Of a stretch of 41,911 bases of DNA, positions 32,992 through 40,620 are shown one piece after another. The position numbers and the translations under genes are program-made. The notes below the pieces were generated by a model. It saw only the letters and a program-made list of their open reading frames with translations. It did not search any database and had not been told where the DNA came from. The stretch's first letter is position 1, and every line of letters begins with the position of its first letter. Origin of the DNA: a virus; the IMG/VR virus record IMGVR_UViG_3300037502_002077, positions 1 to 41,911 of that record. The stretch is one strand, 5' to 3'.

Positions 32992-33473
32992 ACGACAACC
33001 TTCGGAATCCAGCTAGAGCCGCCAGAGCGCTGAATGGATACCTCGCTGGTCACTACCGTGTTCTGCGCAAAGTCGAACGGGAAGTCTGACACATAGCCTT
33101 CGAACACAAACCATGTGCGGGTGGTCGGCAGGTCGAAATCACCGGAGCTATCCAGAGTCGGGGCGTCGGTGCCGTCTGACCAGCCCACTGCCCATTTCAC
33201 GATGGGGCTGGGGTCAGTCTCTGCCAGTTCGTGCAACTTCAGGTGACTGGCGTTCTCCGGGTCGGAGTTCAGGCCGAGCGTTGCCGTTCCGGGGGTGCGT
33301 AGGCCGGGGCGGTAGCTGCGGTCGGTGTCTTCGAGACAGGTATCTTCAATCTGATCAGCGGGATTGCCGCCGGGGCTGAAGGTGGTGGCGCATTCTACTC
33401 GGGCGACCGCAGGGCCGCCGGAAGCGGTCGGGTCGATGAAAAATACGTGGGTGCCTTGTGCGAGCTTGCTCAC
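32988..33473 (-). CDS. major tail (tube) protein
   Basis: Directly precedes G/G-T/TMP. The preferred start is the GTG at 33473, with GGAGG 9 nt upstream. The alternative ATG at 33506 adds 11 residues. Confidence 0.75.
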   Translation of the reverse strand: MSKLAQGTHVFFIDPTASGGPAVARVECATTFSPGGNPADQIEDTCLEDTDRSYRPGLRTPGTATLGLNSDPENASHLKLHELAETDPSPIVKWAVGWSDGTDAPTLDSSGDFDLPTTRTWFVFEGYVSDFPFDFAQNTVVTSEVSIQRSGGSSWIPKVVV

Positions 33474-33551
33474 GATAAAATTCCTCCGTAACGGAAATAA
33501 CGTCATCACGACGTGTTATTGCATGCTATCACAGTATAACCGATACGGGGA

Positions 33552-33584
33552 TGGAAGCAAAAGAAAGCCCTCACGGGGAGGGCT
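33552..33584 (-). terminator. rho-independent terminator closing the cargo cassette
   Basis: On the minus strand, AGCCCTC-cccgt-GAGGGCT is followed by TTCTTTTGCTT. The stem includes the stop codon of the 49-aa gene. Confidence 0.7.
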
Positions 33585-33720
33585 TGGTGGATATCCTTAC
33601 GGCTTCTCTAATCCCCGCGCTCGCGTTGCCCTTGCCCAGCTTGCGGAGCGCTTCGTGGTCTTCTTCCGTGACGGTGTAGGTGCGTTTTTTGGTGTTGGTG
33701 GCGTAGGGGCGTTTAGTCAT
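33571..33720 (-). CDS. small ribbon-helix-helix-like protein (49 aa)
   Basis: Start refined to MTKRPYATNTKKRTYTVTEEDHEALRKLGKGNASAGIREAVR, which shows a basic N terminus followed by a beta-strand and two helices. 8-nt overlap with the IbrB-like gene. Confidence 0.5.
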   Translation of the reverse strand: MTKRPYATNTKKRTYTVTEEDHEALRKLGKGNASAGIREAVRISTKPSP

Positions 33721-34222
33721 TGTCTGGCTCCCATGCTTCGCTAAACTCTTCATCTTTAAAAAGTTCTGCCAAGCCGCTGATTTGTTTCAGCCTCAAAACT
33801 TCGTCTGCATCCATTCCAAGCTCTTTTGATATTTTTTCAGCCGACCAGTTTCTCCTTGATAGTTCAACTACTATCTCGCTCATGCTGTCTATTCGGTGCT
33901 TGCCTCTGGCCCTGTTATGCCTGATCGTAGATGCGATCCGATCGTTTCTGTCTTGCGATTCGGGGTTTACTACAACAACAGGCAAGTGAGTCAAGCCCAT
34001 TTCTTTGCCAACCAGGTGTCGGTGAAACCCATCAACGACTTCATAAATTCCGTCGTGTTTCCATGTCACAATTGGCTGAGTGTAACCGTCAGCCTCAATG
34101 CTTCGCCTCAAAAGCTCCATTTCGGGCTTTGCCACTGAGTTAGGGTTGTAGTCATTCGCAACCACCAATTCCGATTCAACCCACACTACATTGCTTACAG
34201 GGTGGCGATTTATCCAGTTCAT
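33713..34222 (-). CDS. ParB-like nuclease-domain protein (IbrB-like / DndB-like DGxHR motif)
   Basis: 169 aa. Segments: NDYNPNSV, GYTQPIVT and EVVDGFHRH (ParB/Srx box). ATGA overlap with the IbrA-like gene. Confidence 0.75.
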   Translation of the reverse strand: MNWINRHPVSNVVWVESELVVANDYNPNSVAKPEMELLRRSIEADGYTQPIVTWKHDGIYEVVDGFHRHLVGKEMGLTHLPVVVVNPESQDRNDRIASTIRHNRARGKHRIDSMSEIVVELSRRNWSAEKISKELGMDADEVLRLKQISGLAELFKDEEFSEAWEPDND

Positions 34223-35415
34223 AAACCATACCTATGTTTTTTGAGCCTTAAATAAGCCTCGTACGCTCCCGTTTTGTGCTGTGTGAAGCTCAAGCCCTTG
34301 CACCAATAATCGTTCCTGAGAAGTGTTTTACATATCCTTCTCCAGCTTGGTATTTTTTTACTGTTTTCCAGCTTAGGGTCTGCTTCGTCAGGTATTCCTT
34401 TTGGATATTCTTCATTCCACCAATCAAGAAAAGTGTTTATTTTTATCTGATAGTGATCTCTTGTTGCTTTTGGCATTGAATTGAGAAGCATTTTTGCAAA
34501 GCTTTGCCACGTATGTCCTTCTGGCTTTTTGACCTTGATCGTTCCGTTTATGTTTCCGGAGTCCTTTGCGTACAGCGCTCCGCTATTTGCCCCGTTTACC
34601 CTTGCGACGACTTTTGCCCAGGTCTCCGGCTCGATGATCTGGTAAAGCCACAATCCTTTTCTCTGATCATCTCCGTAAGGTTGGCAGATTCTCTGCTGAT
34701 GGATTGATAGCCCAGCCTGGTTCATTAGGTCGTATAGCCTGTTGTACGGCAACGCTGTCTTTGCGTGATAAATCCATATGTCTCGCGTGCGCCAATCGTA
34801 TATCGGATAAACATTAACGCACGTTCCGGATTTCCACGTTGTCCAAGGGTGTCCCTCAAATCGGCTGTATTGATTATTCGCTATCGCCCTGTACCTGTTA
34901 AGGCTTTCGTCGGTTCTTATGCCAACAAGCGTGGCCATAAGGTCTCCACCGGCCAGCCATTCTGAGTACTTGTCGACAAAATCTTCAAACTCCATGCCCT
35001 TACTGAACCAATGCGGGGCGTCATTTTCTGTTATTGCCTTGCCAGGCATATCTCTGACCCATCGGTCCTTTTGGTTTTGGTCCCAGCAAATCCATTGTGG
35101 CTCGTAAGCGCTGACTGCGTTTCTTAGGCTTAGTGGTAAACAGATCCAGTGAAATTCACAGCAGTCACTGTACTGCCGACGCAGACTCTCGATATGATCA
35201 ATTGTCAGCCTGTACTGCGCCTCCAAATCCACAACCATAACAATGATGCTGCGCCCATGAGCCCTTGCCGCCTCGGCTGCCAAATGGAGCATCACAGTTG
35301 AGTCCTTGCCGCCAGAAACCGACACCATTACCTTCGGAAAGTTTTTCATTACATAAGATATTCTAAACCTTGCTGCATCAAGCACATTTACGCCGATTGG
35401 GTTTTTTGAAGCCAT
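34219..35415 (-). CDS. PAPS-reductase-family PP-loop ATP pyrophosphatase with a DUF3440-like C-terminal region (IbrA-like)
   Basis: 398 aa. PP-loop VSVSGGKDSTVML. GIRTDESLNRY. The long C-terminal extension is typical of IbrA. AGGAGG lies 8 nt before the ATG. Confidence 0.8.
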   Translation of the reverse strand: MASKNPIGVNVLDAARFRISYVMKNFPKVMVSVSGGKDSTVMLHLAAEAARAHGRSIIVMVVDLEAQYRLTIDHIESLRRQYSDCCEFHWICLPLSLRNAVSAYEPQWICWDQNQKDRWVRDMPGKAITENDAPHWFSKGMEFEDFVDKYSEWLAGGDLMATLVGIRTDESLNRYRAIANNQYSRFEGHPWTTWKSGTCVNVYPIYDWRTRDIWIYHAKTALPYNRLYDLMNQAGLSIHQQRICQPYGDDQRKGLWLYQIIEPETWAKVVARVNGANSGALYAKDSGNINGTIKVKKPEGHTWQSFAKMLLNSMPKATRDHYQIKINTFLDWWNEEYPKGIPDEADPKLENSKKIPSWRRICKTLLRNDYWCKGLSFTQHKTGAYEAYLRLKKHRYGL

Positions 35416-35786
35416 TCCACGGCCTCCTGTTTTGTTAGCTTTGTCATTTCTCCATTATCAAAAACAAAAAAGAACCTTTCAGATGATCGCCAGCTAGTTC
35501 TCCTTTTAACCTCATAAAGTACACCCGAATCAACCACGAATCTTAGATAGATCCCACGGTTGCCACTTCCGCTGCTCTTTGCCAAATCTTTTTTTCCATG
35601 CAAAAACTCCCTGACAAAACCATACTTCTTCGAAAGGCCGATTATTTTTGCCACCCATGGTTTTGTTGATGGCATGCTTAGATACTGCCCAGTTCCTGGA
35701 ATAAGATAATCCGAGATGGAAGACCAAAGTTTGTTCTCCTGCTCGTTGGTCTGCCCTATGCACTCGCAAACAACAACATGCTTCAT
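35388..35786 (-). CDS. hypothetical protein (132 aa), cargo cassette gene 2
   Basis: ORF track. ATGA overlap upstream and a 28-nt overlap downstream. Low GC. Confidence 0.6.
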   Translation of the reverse strand: MKHVVVCECIGQTNEQENKLWSSISDYLIPGTGQYLSMPSTKPWVAKIIGLSKKYGFVREFLHGKKDLAKSSGSGNRGIYLRFVVDSGVLYEVKRRTSWRSSERFFFVFDNGEMTKLTKQEAVEWLQKTQSA

Positions 35787-36031
35787 ACGATAGTTGCCTC
35801 AATACCGTATTTTGAAACGTATTCATCCTTTTCTTTCTGCTCAGCAACGTTAACAAACGCAAGCCGCAAACTTTCTCTTTTTTGAGCAACAAATTGATCC
35901 TTTGCTTCTTCGCGTGTTTCTGGAACATCGTTGAAGAAACTTTCGGCCCGAGCAACGAAGCTGCTAAGCGGACGGTTGATAGCTTCATCAAGCTCAATTT
36001 GCGCTTTTTTGATATCGTTGATTGTATACAT
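35783..36031 (-). CDS. hypothetical protein (82 aa), cargo cassette gene 1
   Basis: ORF track. GGAGAG precedes the ATG. First gene after the promoter at 36071-36098. Confidence 0.6.
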   Translation of the reverse strand: MYTINDIKKAQIELDEAINRPLSSFVARAESFFNDVPETREEAKDQFVAQKRESLRLAFVNVAEQKEKDEYVSKYGIEATIV

Positions 36032-36070
36032 TTTGGCTCTCCGTCTCTGTGTTGTCTCTCTATGATTCTA

Positions 36071-36098
36071 ATTATACATACTTTCAGAGGGAGTGCAA
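36071..36098 (-). promoter_or_regulatory. strong sigma70-like promoter (TTGCAC N16 TATAAT) driving the cargo cassette
   Basis: On the minus strand, -35 is the complement of 36093-36098 and the perfect -10 TATAAT is the complement of 36071-36076. Confidence 0.6.
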
Positions 36099-36129
36099 GA
36101 ATATATTTACCTTTTTTCGATCAGGCATT

Positions 36130-36152
36130 AAAAACCCCGCAACAAGGCGGGG
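36130..36152 (-). terminator. rho-independent terminator after the DUF3168-like gene
   Basis: On the minus strand, CCCCGC-cttgtt-GCGGGG is followed by TTTTTAATG. Confidence 0.7.
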
Positions 36153-36200
36153 CTTAACAACAACGGAGCAGGGCGTCTCTCGACGGGCTGCAACTCAACC

Positions 36201-36581
36201 TTACTCCCTCTTCACCCAAAAATCAAAATCAAACCCATACCGATACAGCCCGGTATCCTCTTCGCGCTCTTCGTTCCCCCATCGGGTGATGTAGCCGTGC
36301 GGCTCCAGGGCATCCCGAAGCGCCTTCACGGCATCCTTGACGCTGGCAACTGACTGACCGTACACGTCAATCTGTAAGCTGTAAGAATCAATGTCAGGCG
36401 GGCAGTCCAGATAGTTCTCAGGCAGGCCGGTCACGACTTGCCACACGGCATAGGGCACAGCATAGGCTGTAGTTCCCGGTTGCGGGGCGAAGTCGAACGG
36501 GTAGAAGCGCACGGGGTTGGTGCCGAGGGCGGATTGTACGGCGGTGTTGGTTGAGACTAGGGGGAATAGGGGGATGTTCAT
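36201..36581 (-). CDS. tail completion / tail terminator protein (DUF3168-like)
   Basis: 126 aa. Its position follows the HK97 gp10-like gene. Segments RFYPFDFAPQ...AYAVPYAVWQVV... Confidence 0.6.
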   Translation of the reverse strand: MNIPLFPLVSTNTAVQSALGTNPVRFYPFDFAPQPGTTAYAVPYAVWQVVTGLPENYLDCPPDIDSYSLQIDVYGQSVASVKDAVKALRDALEPHGYITRWGNEEREEDTGLYRYGFDFDFWVKRE

Positions 36582-37075
36582 TTTGCCGCCTTCTTCTTGG
36601 CGCGCCTTAGAGCTCGGTCCAATGCACGTGAATACTCGTTGATAAACGTATCAACCGCTTGCTGCCCTGCCTGATCCACCGCCGGGCGCATGAATGGCTG
36701 TGCGGCATGATTGGAGTTGCCGAACTCCTGTTGCCGGAAGGCTTGCCGAGTATCGCCGCCGGGCAGCCCAGAAAAGGCGCTGGCGGGCTTGTTACCACCG
36801 GCCCCGCCCATGACACCAATGCGGAAGCCGAGTCGCCCGGTACGCTTAAACAGCCTGCCATTCCAGCGCTCGACAATGTTTTTCTCGATACTCTCGGCAG
36901 TCTTCGGGTCGTCAATCTTGGCCGCATTGGCCTTGGCTTGATCGCGTATCACCTGAGCAGCGCGCCGCAACGCAAACCGCCCGCCCTTGTACTTGATATC
37001 ATCGGTCACGGTGTCCAGCTTGCCGAGCAGTTCGGGCAAGCCTTCCATGGTGTAGGTGATGCCGTCAGTTGCCAT
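36578..37075 (-). CDS. HK97 gp10-family head-tail joining protein
   Basis: Start refined to MATDGITYTMEGLPELLGKL. QEFGNSNHAAQPFMRPA is the family signature. Confidence 0.8.
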   Translation of the reverse strand: MATDGITYTMEGLPELLGKLDTVTDDIKYKGGRFALRRAAQVIRDQAKANAAKIDDPKTAESIEKNIVERWNGRLFKRTGRLGFRIGVMGGAGGNKPASAFSGLPGGDTRQAFRQQEFGNSNHAAQPFMRPAVDQAGQQAVDTFINEYSRALDRALRRAKKKAAK

Positions 37076-37670
37076 AATCCGGAACCCAATCAGCCTTAAC
37101 GTCTTGCGGTCTGGGCTTGCCGTGGAAGCACACAACTGCTGCATCCTCCGGCAATCCATGCTTACAGTGTACCTTATAGCTTACCACCTTGCCCGGCGCT
37201 ATGTCTTGCCAGCGTTGCGGCTCCCAGCAATCCGCGAAAAACGCCTGATCGCCGATGCGGCCACGAGTCGCGGGGCGCTTCATATACGCCTCTGGGTTCG
37301 TGATCCACCTATCCCATACAGCGGCCTTGTCGGCCTGGGAGATGTGCATAAACCCGCTGGCGGGATGCTCCGGCCAGTAGAAGTCGGAAAGCATGGTGGT
37401 TTTGCCGTTGGCCGCCTTGATCAGCGGGGCAAGGTCGCCGGGTACTACGGTGTCCAGGTCCAAGTACAGCAGGTCGCCTTTAATGTCAGGGCGGCACAGT
37501 TCTATTTTAGACCACCATCCGGGCCAGTTTTGGGTTAGCGGGATGGTTTCGACTCCGGGCACGGCGGTATCGGACAGGCACACAAGGCCCGGCACCTGGC
37601 TGGCCAGTACCTGAACATGGCGTGGGGTGAAGTCGCCGCCGGAGCGGAGGACGCAGATTATCTTGACCAT
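37065..37670 (-). CDS. putative glycosyltransferase (GT-A-like, DxD motif)
   Basis: Begins MVKIICVLRSGGDF and carries LLYLDLDTVVPGD (DxD). It resembles the small glycosyltransferases found in phage structural operons. Confidence 0.6.
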   Translation of the reverse strand: MVKIICVLRSGGDFTPRHVQVLASQVPGLVCLSDTAVPGVETIPLTQNWPGWWSKIELCRPDIKGDLLYLDLDTVVPGDLAPLIKAANGKTTMLSDFYWPEHPASGFMHISQADKAAVWDRWITNPEAYMKRPATRGRIGDQAFFADCWEPQRWQDIAPGKVVSYKVHCKHGLPEDAAVVCFHGKPRPQDVKADWVPDYGN

Positions 37671-38266
37671 ATCACGTTCCACTCATCTGCCGGGGCCGGG
37701 GCGTACCCCAGTGGTTTCAGGATAGCCGCCTGATCCTGCAAAGCCACATCGGTCAGGGCTTCGGTTATAATCAGCGGGGAGCACCTGCGGATGGTGGCTA
37801 GGGCGCCACGTAGAACAGCACACTCGTGCCCCTCTACGTCGATCTTAATGGCGGTTACGTTGCCGAAGTCGAATCCGTCAACCGTTGCCAGCACTGTGTC
37901 GGTGCCTTCGGTGATCTTGCCGCCACTGGTTAGCCGGGTTGATTTGCTCAGGGCCATGGATGCGCGGCCTTCATGGTCAGACAGTGCGATGAGGTAGGGC
38001 GCGACGGGCAGTTGGTTGACCTCGATGTTCTGTTGCAACCGCTCATATACTGCGGGGTTCGGCTCAAACGCATACGCATCAGCCCCGGCCTTAGCCGCCA
38101 CAAGCGCATACAGGCCCGTATACGCGCCAATGTCCAGCGCCGTGCCGTGGGTGCAGGCTGCCTGCCAAGCGGCGATAGACTCAGCTTCAAACGGCTTGCC
38201 GGTCTGCTTTTGGTGGCGAATGACCATATCGCCATCTGGGTTTAGGTGGATGCCGTGGATTATCAT
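37658..38266 (-). CDS. FkbM-family SAM-dependent methyltransferase
   Basis: 202 aa. Segments: ALDIGAYTGLYAL, AFEPNP, ALSDHEG, IKIDVEGHECAVLRG. Confidence 0.8.
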   Translation of the reverse strand: MIIHGIHLNPDGDMVIRHQKQTGKPFEAESIAAWQAACTHGTALDIGAYTGLYALVAAKAGADAYAFEPNPAVYERLQQNIEVNQLPVAPYLIALSDHEGRASMALSKSTRLTSGGKITEGTDTVLATVDGFDFGNVTAIKIDVEGHECAVLRGALATIRRCSPLIITEALTDVALQDQAAILKPLGYAPAPADEWNVIWSR

Positions 38267-38276
38267 TAGAGGTTCC

Positions 38277-38301
38277 TTAAAAAGCCCTCGCGGGGAGGGC
38301 T
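38277..38301 (-). terminator. rho-independent terminator between the 111-aa gene and the FkbM gene
   Basis: On the minus strand, AGCCCTC-cccgc-GAGGGCT is followed by TTTTTAAGG. The stem is identical to the terminator stems at 33566-33584 and 16808-16825. Confidence 0.65.
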
Positions 38302-38308
38302 GTTGGGG

Positions 38309-38644
38309 TTATTTTTCGATGGCTTCGATCAACTCCCTCTCTATTCTCTTTTCAGTGTTAACCTTGAGCCACTGACGGAGAACCTCATGGGCGTATTCGT
38401 TCGCCTTTGTGCCTGCATTGCCTATGATATCAAGAATGAACTTTCCGTCGTCACTGTATTGAACAACAACGGCAGCCCTGTGGTCAGACCTTTGCTCCAA
38501 AGCCCACTGCATAAGTCTGGTGGCGTATTGGGTATCGGTCATCTTCATCATGGCCGCATCTTCAGCGCGGGCCTTTGCGTCCTCAAACTCAAGAATGGTT
38601 GACGCGGGCAGTGTTACCCTGATTTGTTTTCTTGCTTCGCTCAT
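38309..38644 (-). CDS. hypothetical protein (111 aa) with an RHH-like N terminus
   Basis: KQIRVTLPASTILEFEDAKARAE. ATGA overlap with the upstream gene. Lower GC. Confidence 0.55.
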   Translation of the reverse strand: MSEARKQIRVTLPASTILEFEDAKARAEDAAMMKMTDTQYATRLMQWALEQRSDHRAAVVVQYSDDGKFILDIIGNAGTKANEYAHEVLRQWLKVNTEKRIERELIEAIEK

Positions 38645-38949
38645 CGCGCCAAGTCCTCATTAAATATCTCAATGCAGTCACTCTCTGTTAGGTCGAACCT
38701 GTCACCCGGAATTTCATAAGCTCCAGATGGAAGCTTTAGTCCATAAAGCTCAGGCAAAATGTCTTCGGCGATTACAGGGATTGCCATAGACCTTCCTTCC
38801 AGTGCATCCGTTTCGCTGTCCGTATACACGCTCCAAGCTACCACCATAGATTCATGTAGGCTGTCACATTTTCCATCTGTCCCGATAATTGGAGTCACAA
38901 CAAAAAAGCCCGGCGAAGCCGCTATTACTTGAACTAATCCTCGTCCCAT
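38641..38949 (-). CDS. hypothetical protein (102 aa)
   Basis: Start refined to MGRGLVQVIAASPGFFVV, with GAGGA 7 nt upstream. The ORF-track start at 38997 lacks an SD. Confidence 0.55.
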   Translation of the reverse strand: MGRGLVQVIAASPGFFVVTPIIGTDGKCDSLHESMVVAWSVYTDSETDALEGRSMAIPVIAEDILPELYGLKLPSGAYEIPGDRFDLTESDCIEIFNEDLAR

Positions 38950-39026
38950 GTTAAATCCTCTAATCAGTAATTGGTTAAGCGTCTCTCCCAACGCCATTAC
39001 AGATTAGACTCTAAAGGCCGCATTTG

Positions 39027-39605
39027 TCAACAAGTGTGGCCTTTATTTTTAAGTGTGCCCTCAAGATCAACCACCGCCCAAAAATCCAAAGCCGTCCGCC
39101 TTGTCGCATTCACGATTTCAACGCCGCCATAGTGCCTCGCCGCTTCCTGAAACTGCCCGTAGAACTTTGGCATAGACACGCAGTTACCCAGGCCCGCTAT
39201 GTGGTCGCCGTGCCAATGCCGCTTACCGTCCGCCGCATACTGGCAGTCGTAGCCGAGCAGTATCACGCGGGACGCACCTCGTGTGACAGCTAGGGTGATC
39301 GCGCCTACGCCGGAGTTGCCAGAAGGGTGTACGTCTTGCCGGGTGGCTATCGGCGCGTTGTGCCCTCTGGTAATCTTCTCGCCTTTGAAGTATCGCGCAT
39401 CTTGCCCGTATCGCCGCCACCATGCCGAGTCCATGGCATAGAGAGTGTCCGCCCACGGGCACAGCTCATAGGTGTTATTGGTGACGATCACGCGCCGGTC
39501 ATTGCCAGACACGCGCCACTGGCGGACACGTTCAACGTCTTCTCGGGTAAGCGAGGGGCCGGAAGCGATGCAGACAACCGTAAAATCAGCCCACGGTTTC
39601 GCCAT
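39027..39605 (-). CDS. DUF115/MptE-like (Maf- or sialyltransferase-like) putative glycosyltransferase
   Basis: 192 aa. Segments: VVCIASGPSL..., VTNN...ADTLYAMD and HPSGNSGVGAITLAVTRGASRVILLGYD. This is the pattern of the GPSL/SG Rossmann-like family that contains flagellin-glycosylating Maf proteins. Confidence 0.45.
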   Translation of the reverse strand: MAKPWADFTVVCIASGPSLTREDVERVRQWRVSGNDRRVIVTNNTYELCPWADTLYAMDSAWWRRYGQDARYFKGEKITRGHNAPIATRQDVHPSGNSGVGAITLAVTRGASRVILLGYDCQYAADGKRHWHGDHIAGLGNCVSMPKFYGQFQEAARHYGGVEIVNATRRTALDFWAVVDLEGTLKNKGHTC

Positions 39606-39963
39606 CGTTCACTCCGGTTGTGCAGTCGGTGGTCAGGTACTCAGTGCCGTAATCCGGGTCTGGCCTAAAGCCTGTCGGGTTAAAAATCACGCCTTTGTGA
39701 ATGATCCTCATAGACGAGTTCAAGCCCTCTCGGTAGCGAATCACAATCCTCGCTGTTGCCTCAGACTGCGCCGCCTTTGCCGCCATCATTTCGCGAGTGG
39801 AATAGTAGTGAACTTCGGCATGGACATTCGACCACACATTCACCCAACTAACCACAAGCTGCCCGGTATTCGGGTCCTGTACTTGCTGCTGTTCCTGAAT
39901 GTCGATTCTGTGCCGCAAGCGGCCTGCTGACAGTGCCATAGTGTTACGCCATTGCCGGATCAC
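39586..39963 (-). CDS. head closure / head-tail adaptor protein (SPP1 gp16-like)
   Basis: 125 aa. LRHRIDIQEQQQVQDPNTGQ...WSNVHAEV...ARIVIRYREGL...RIIHKG. Confidence 0.85.
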   Translation of the reverse strand: MIRQWRNTMALSAGRLRHRIDIQEQQQVQDPNTGQLVVSWVNVWSNVHAEVHYYSTREMMAAKAAQSEATARIVIRYREGLNSSMRIIHKGVIFNPTGFRPDPDYGTEYLTTDCTTGVNDGETVG

Positions 39964-40294
39964 GGAGCGGGTACAAAAGACTGATCACAGTCTGTGGCAA
40001 ATACCCAAAACCCCACTGTGCATCAACCTTGCCATCTTGCTCCGCCTCCCGGTGCTTGTACCACTCCGCCACCAGAATCAGCGTTGCAACCTTCACTTGC
40101 CACGGCACGCCCTCGGGGTTTCCGGAGCTGTCCACCGGCACCTCGCCGGAGCTATTCAGAAAGGTTGCGCCGGATTTCAGGTATTCCACCACAGCGGCGG
40201 ATGCGCCTTGGATCAGAAGCTCGATATACGGATCATCCTGGTCGTGATCCATCATCAGCTGATACTTGGCTTCGGTTAGGGTGACAAGTTTCAT
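39944..40294 (-). CDS. gp6-like head-tail connector protein
   Basis: 116 aa. VTLTEAKYQLMMDHDQDDPYIELLIQGASAAVVEYL. Confidence 0.85.
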   Translation of the reverse strand: MKLVTLTEAKYQLMMDHDQDDPYIELLIQGASAAVVEYLKSGATFLNSSGEVPVDSSGNPEGVPWQVKVATLILVAEWYKHREAEQDGKVDAQWGFGYLPQTVISLLYPLRDPAMA

Positions 40295-40620
40295 TGTGCG
40301 TCCCTCCCGCGCTTAACCGCCAGTCGCCATCCGTCGCCGTCTCCCGGCTTGTGGTCTGGGCTGTCTTTCTGTGCGATCCACAGGGAGCCGCCAGAGCTAA
40401 CCGCGTCGCCCCGGTCGTAGTTCTTTTCGGCGTCGTACACGCCACGGTCAATGATCACCGGCAACGTGAACACCTGCTGAGACTCGCCAGACTTCACGGT
40501 AAAGCTACGCTCTCCATCATAGGCGAACTCCACCTGCCGGGACTCCAGCGCCTTCAGCCGTGGCTCAAACCGCTCGGCAATGAACTTGCCTACAAGCCGG
40601 AGCATGTCTTTATTCATCAT
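40291..40620 (-). CDS. hypothetical head-module protein (109 aa); possible decoration or accessory protein
   Basis: ORF track. It lies between the portal and connector genes, and the C terminus is GSLWIAQKDSPDHKPGDGDGWRLAVKRG. Confidence 0.6.
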   Translation of the reverse strand: MMNKDMLRLVGKFIAERFEPRLKALESRQVEFAYDGERSFTVKSGESQQVFTLPVIIDRGVYDAEKNYDRGDAVSSGGSLWIAQKDSPDHKPGDGDGWRLAVKRGRDAQ

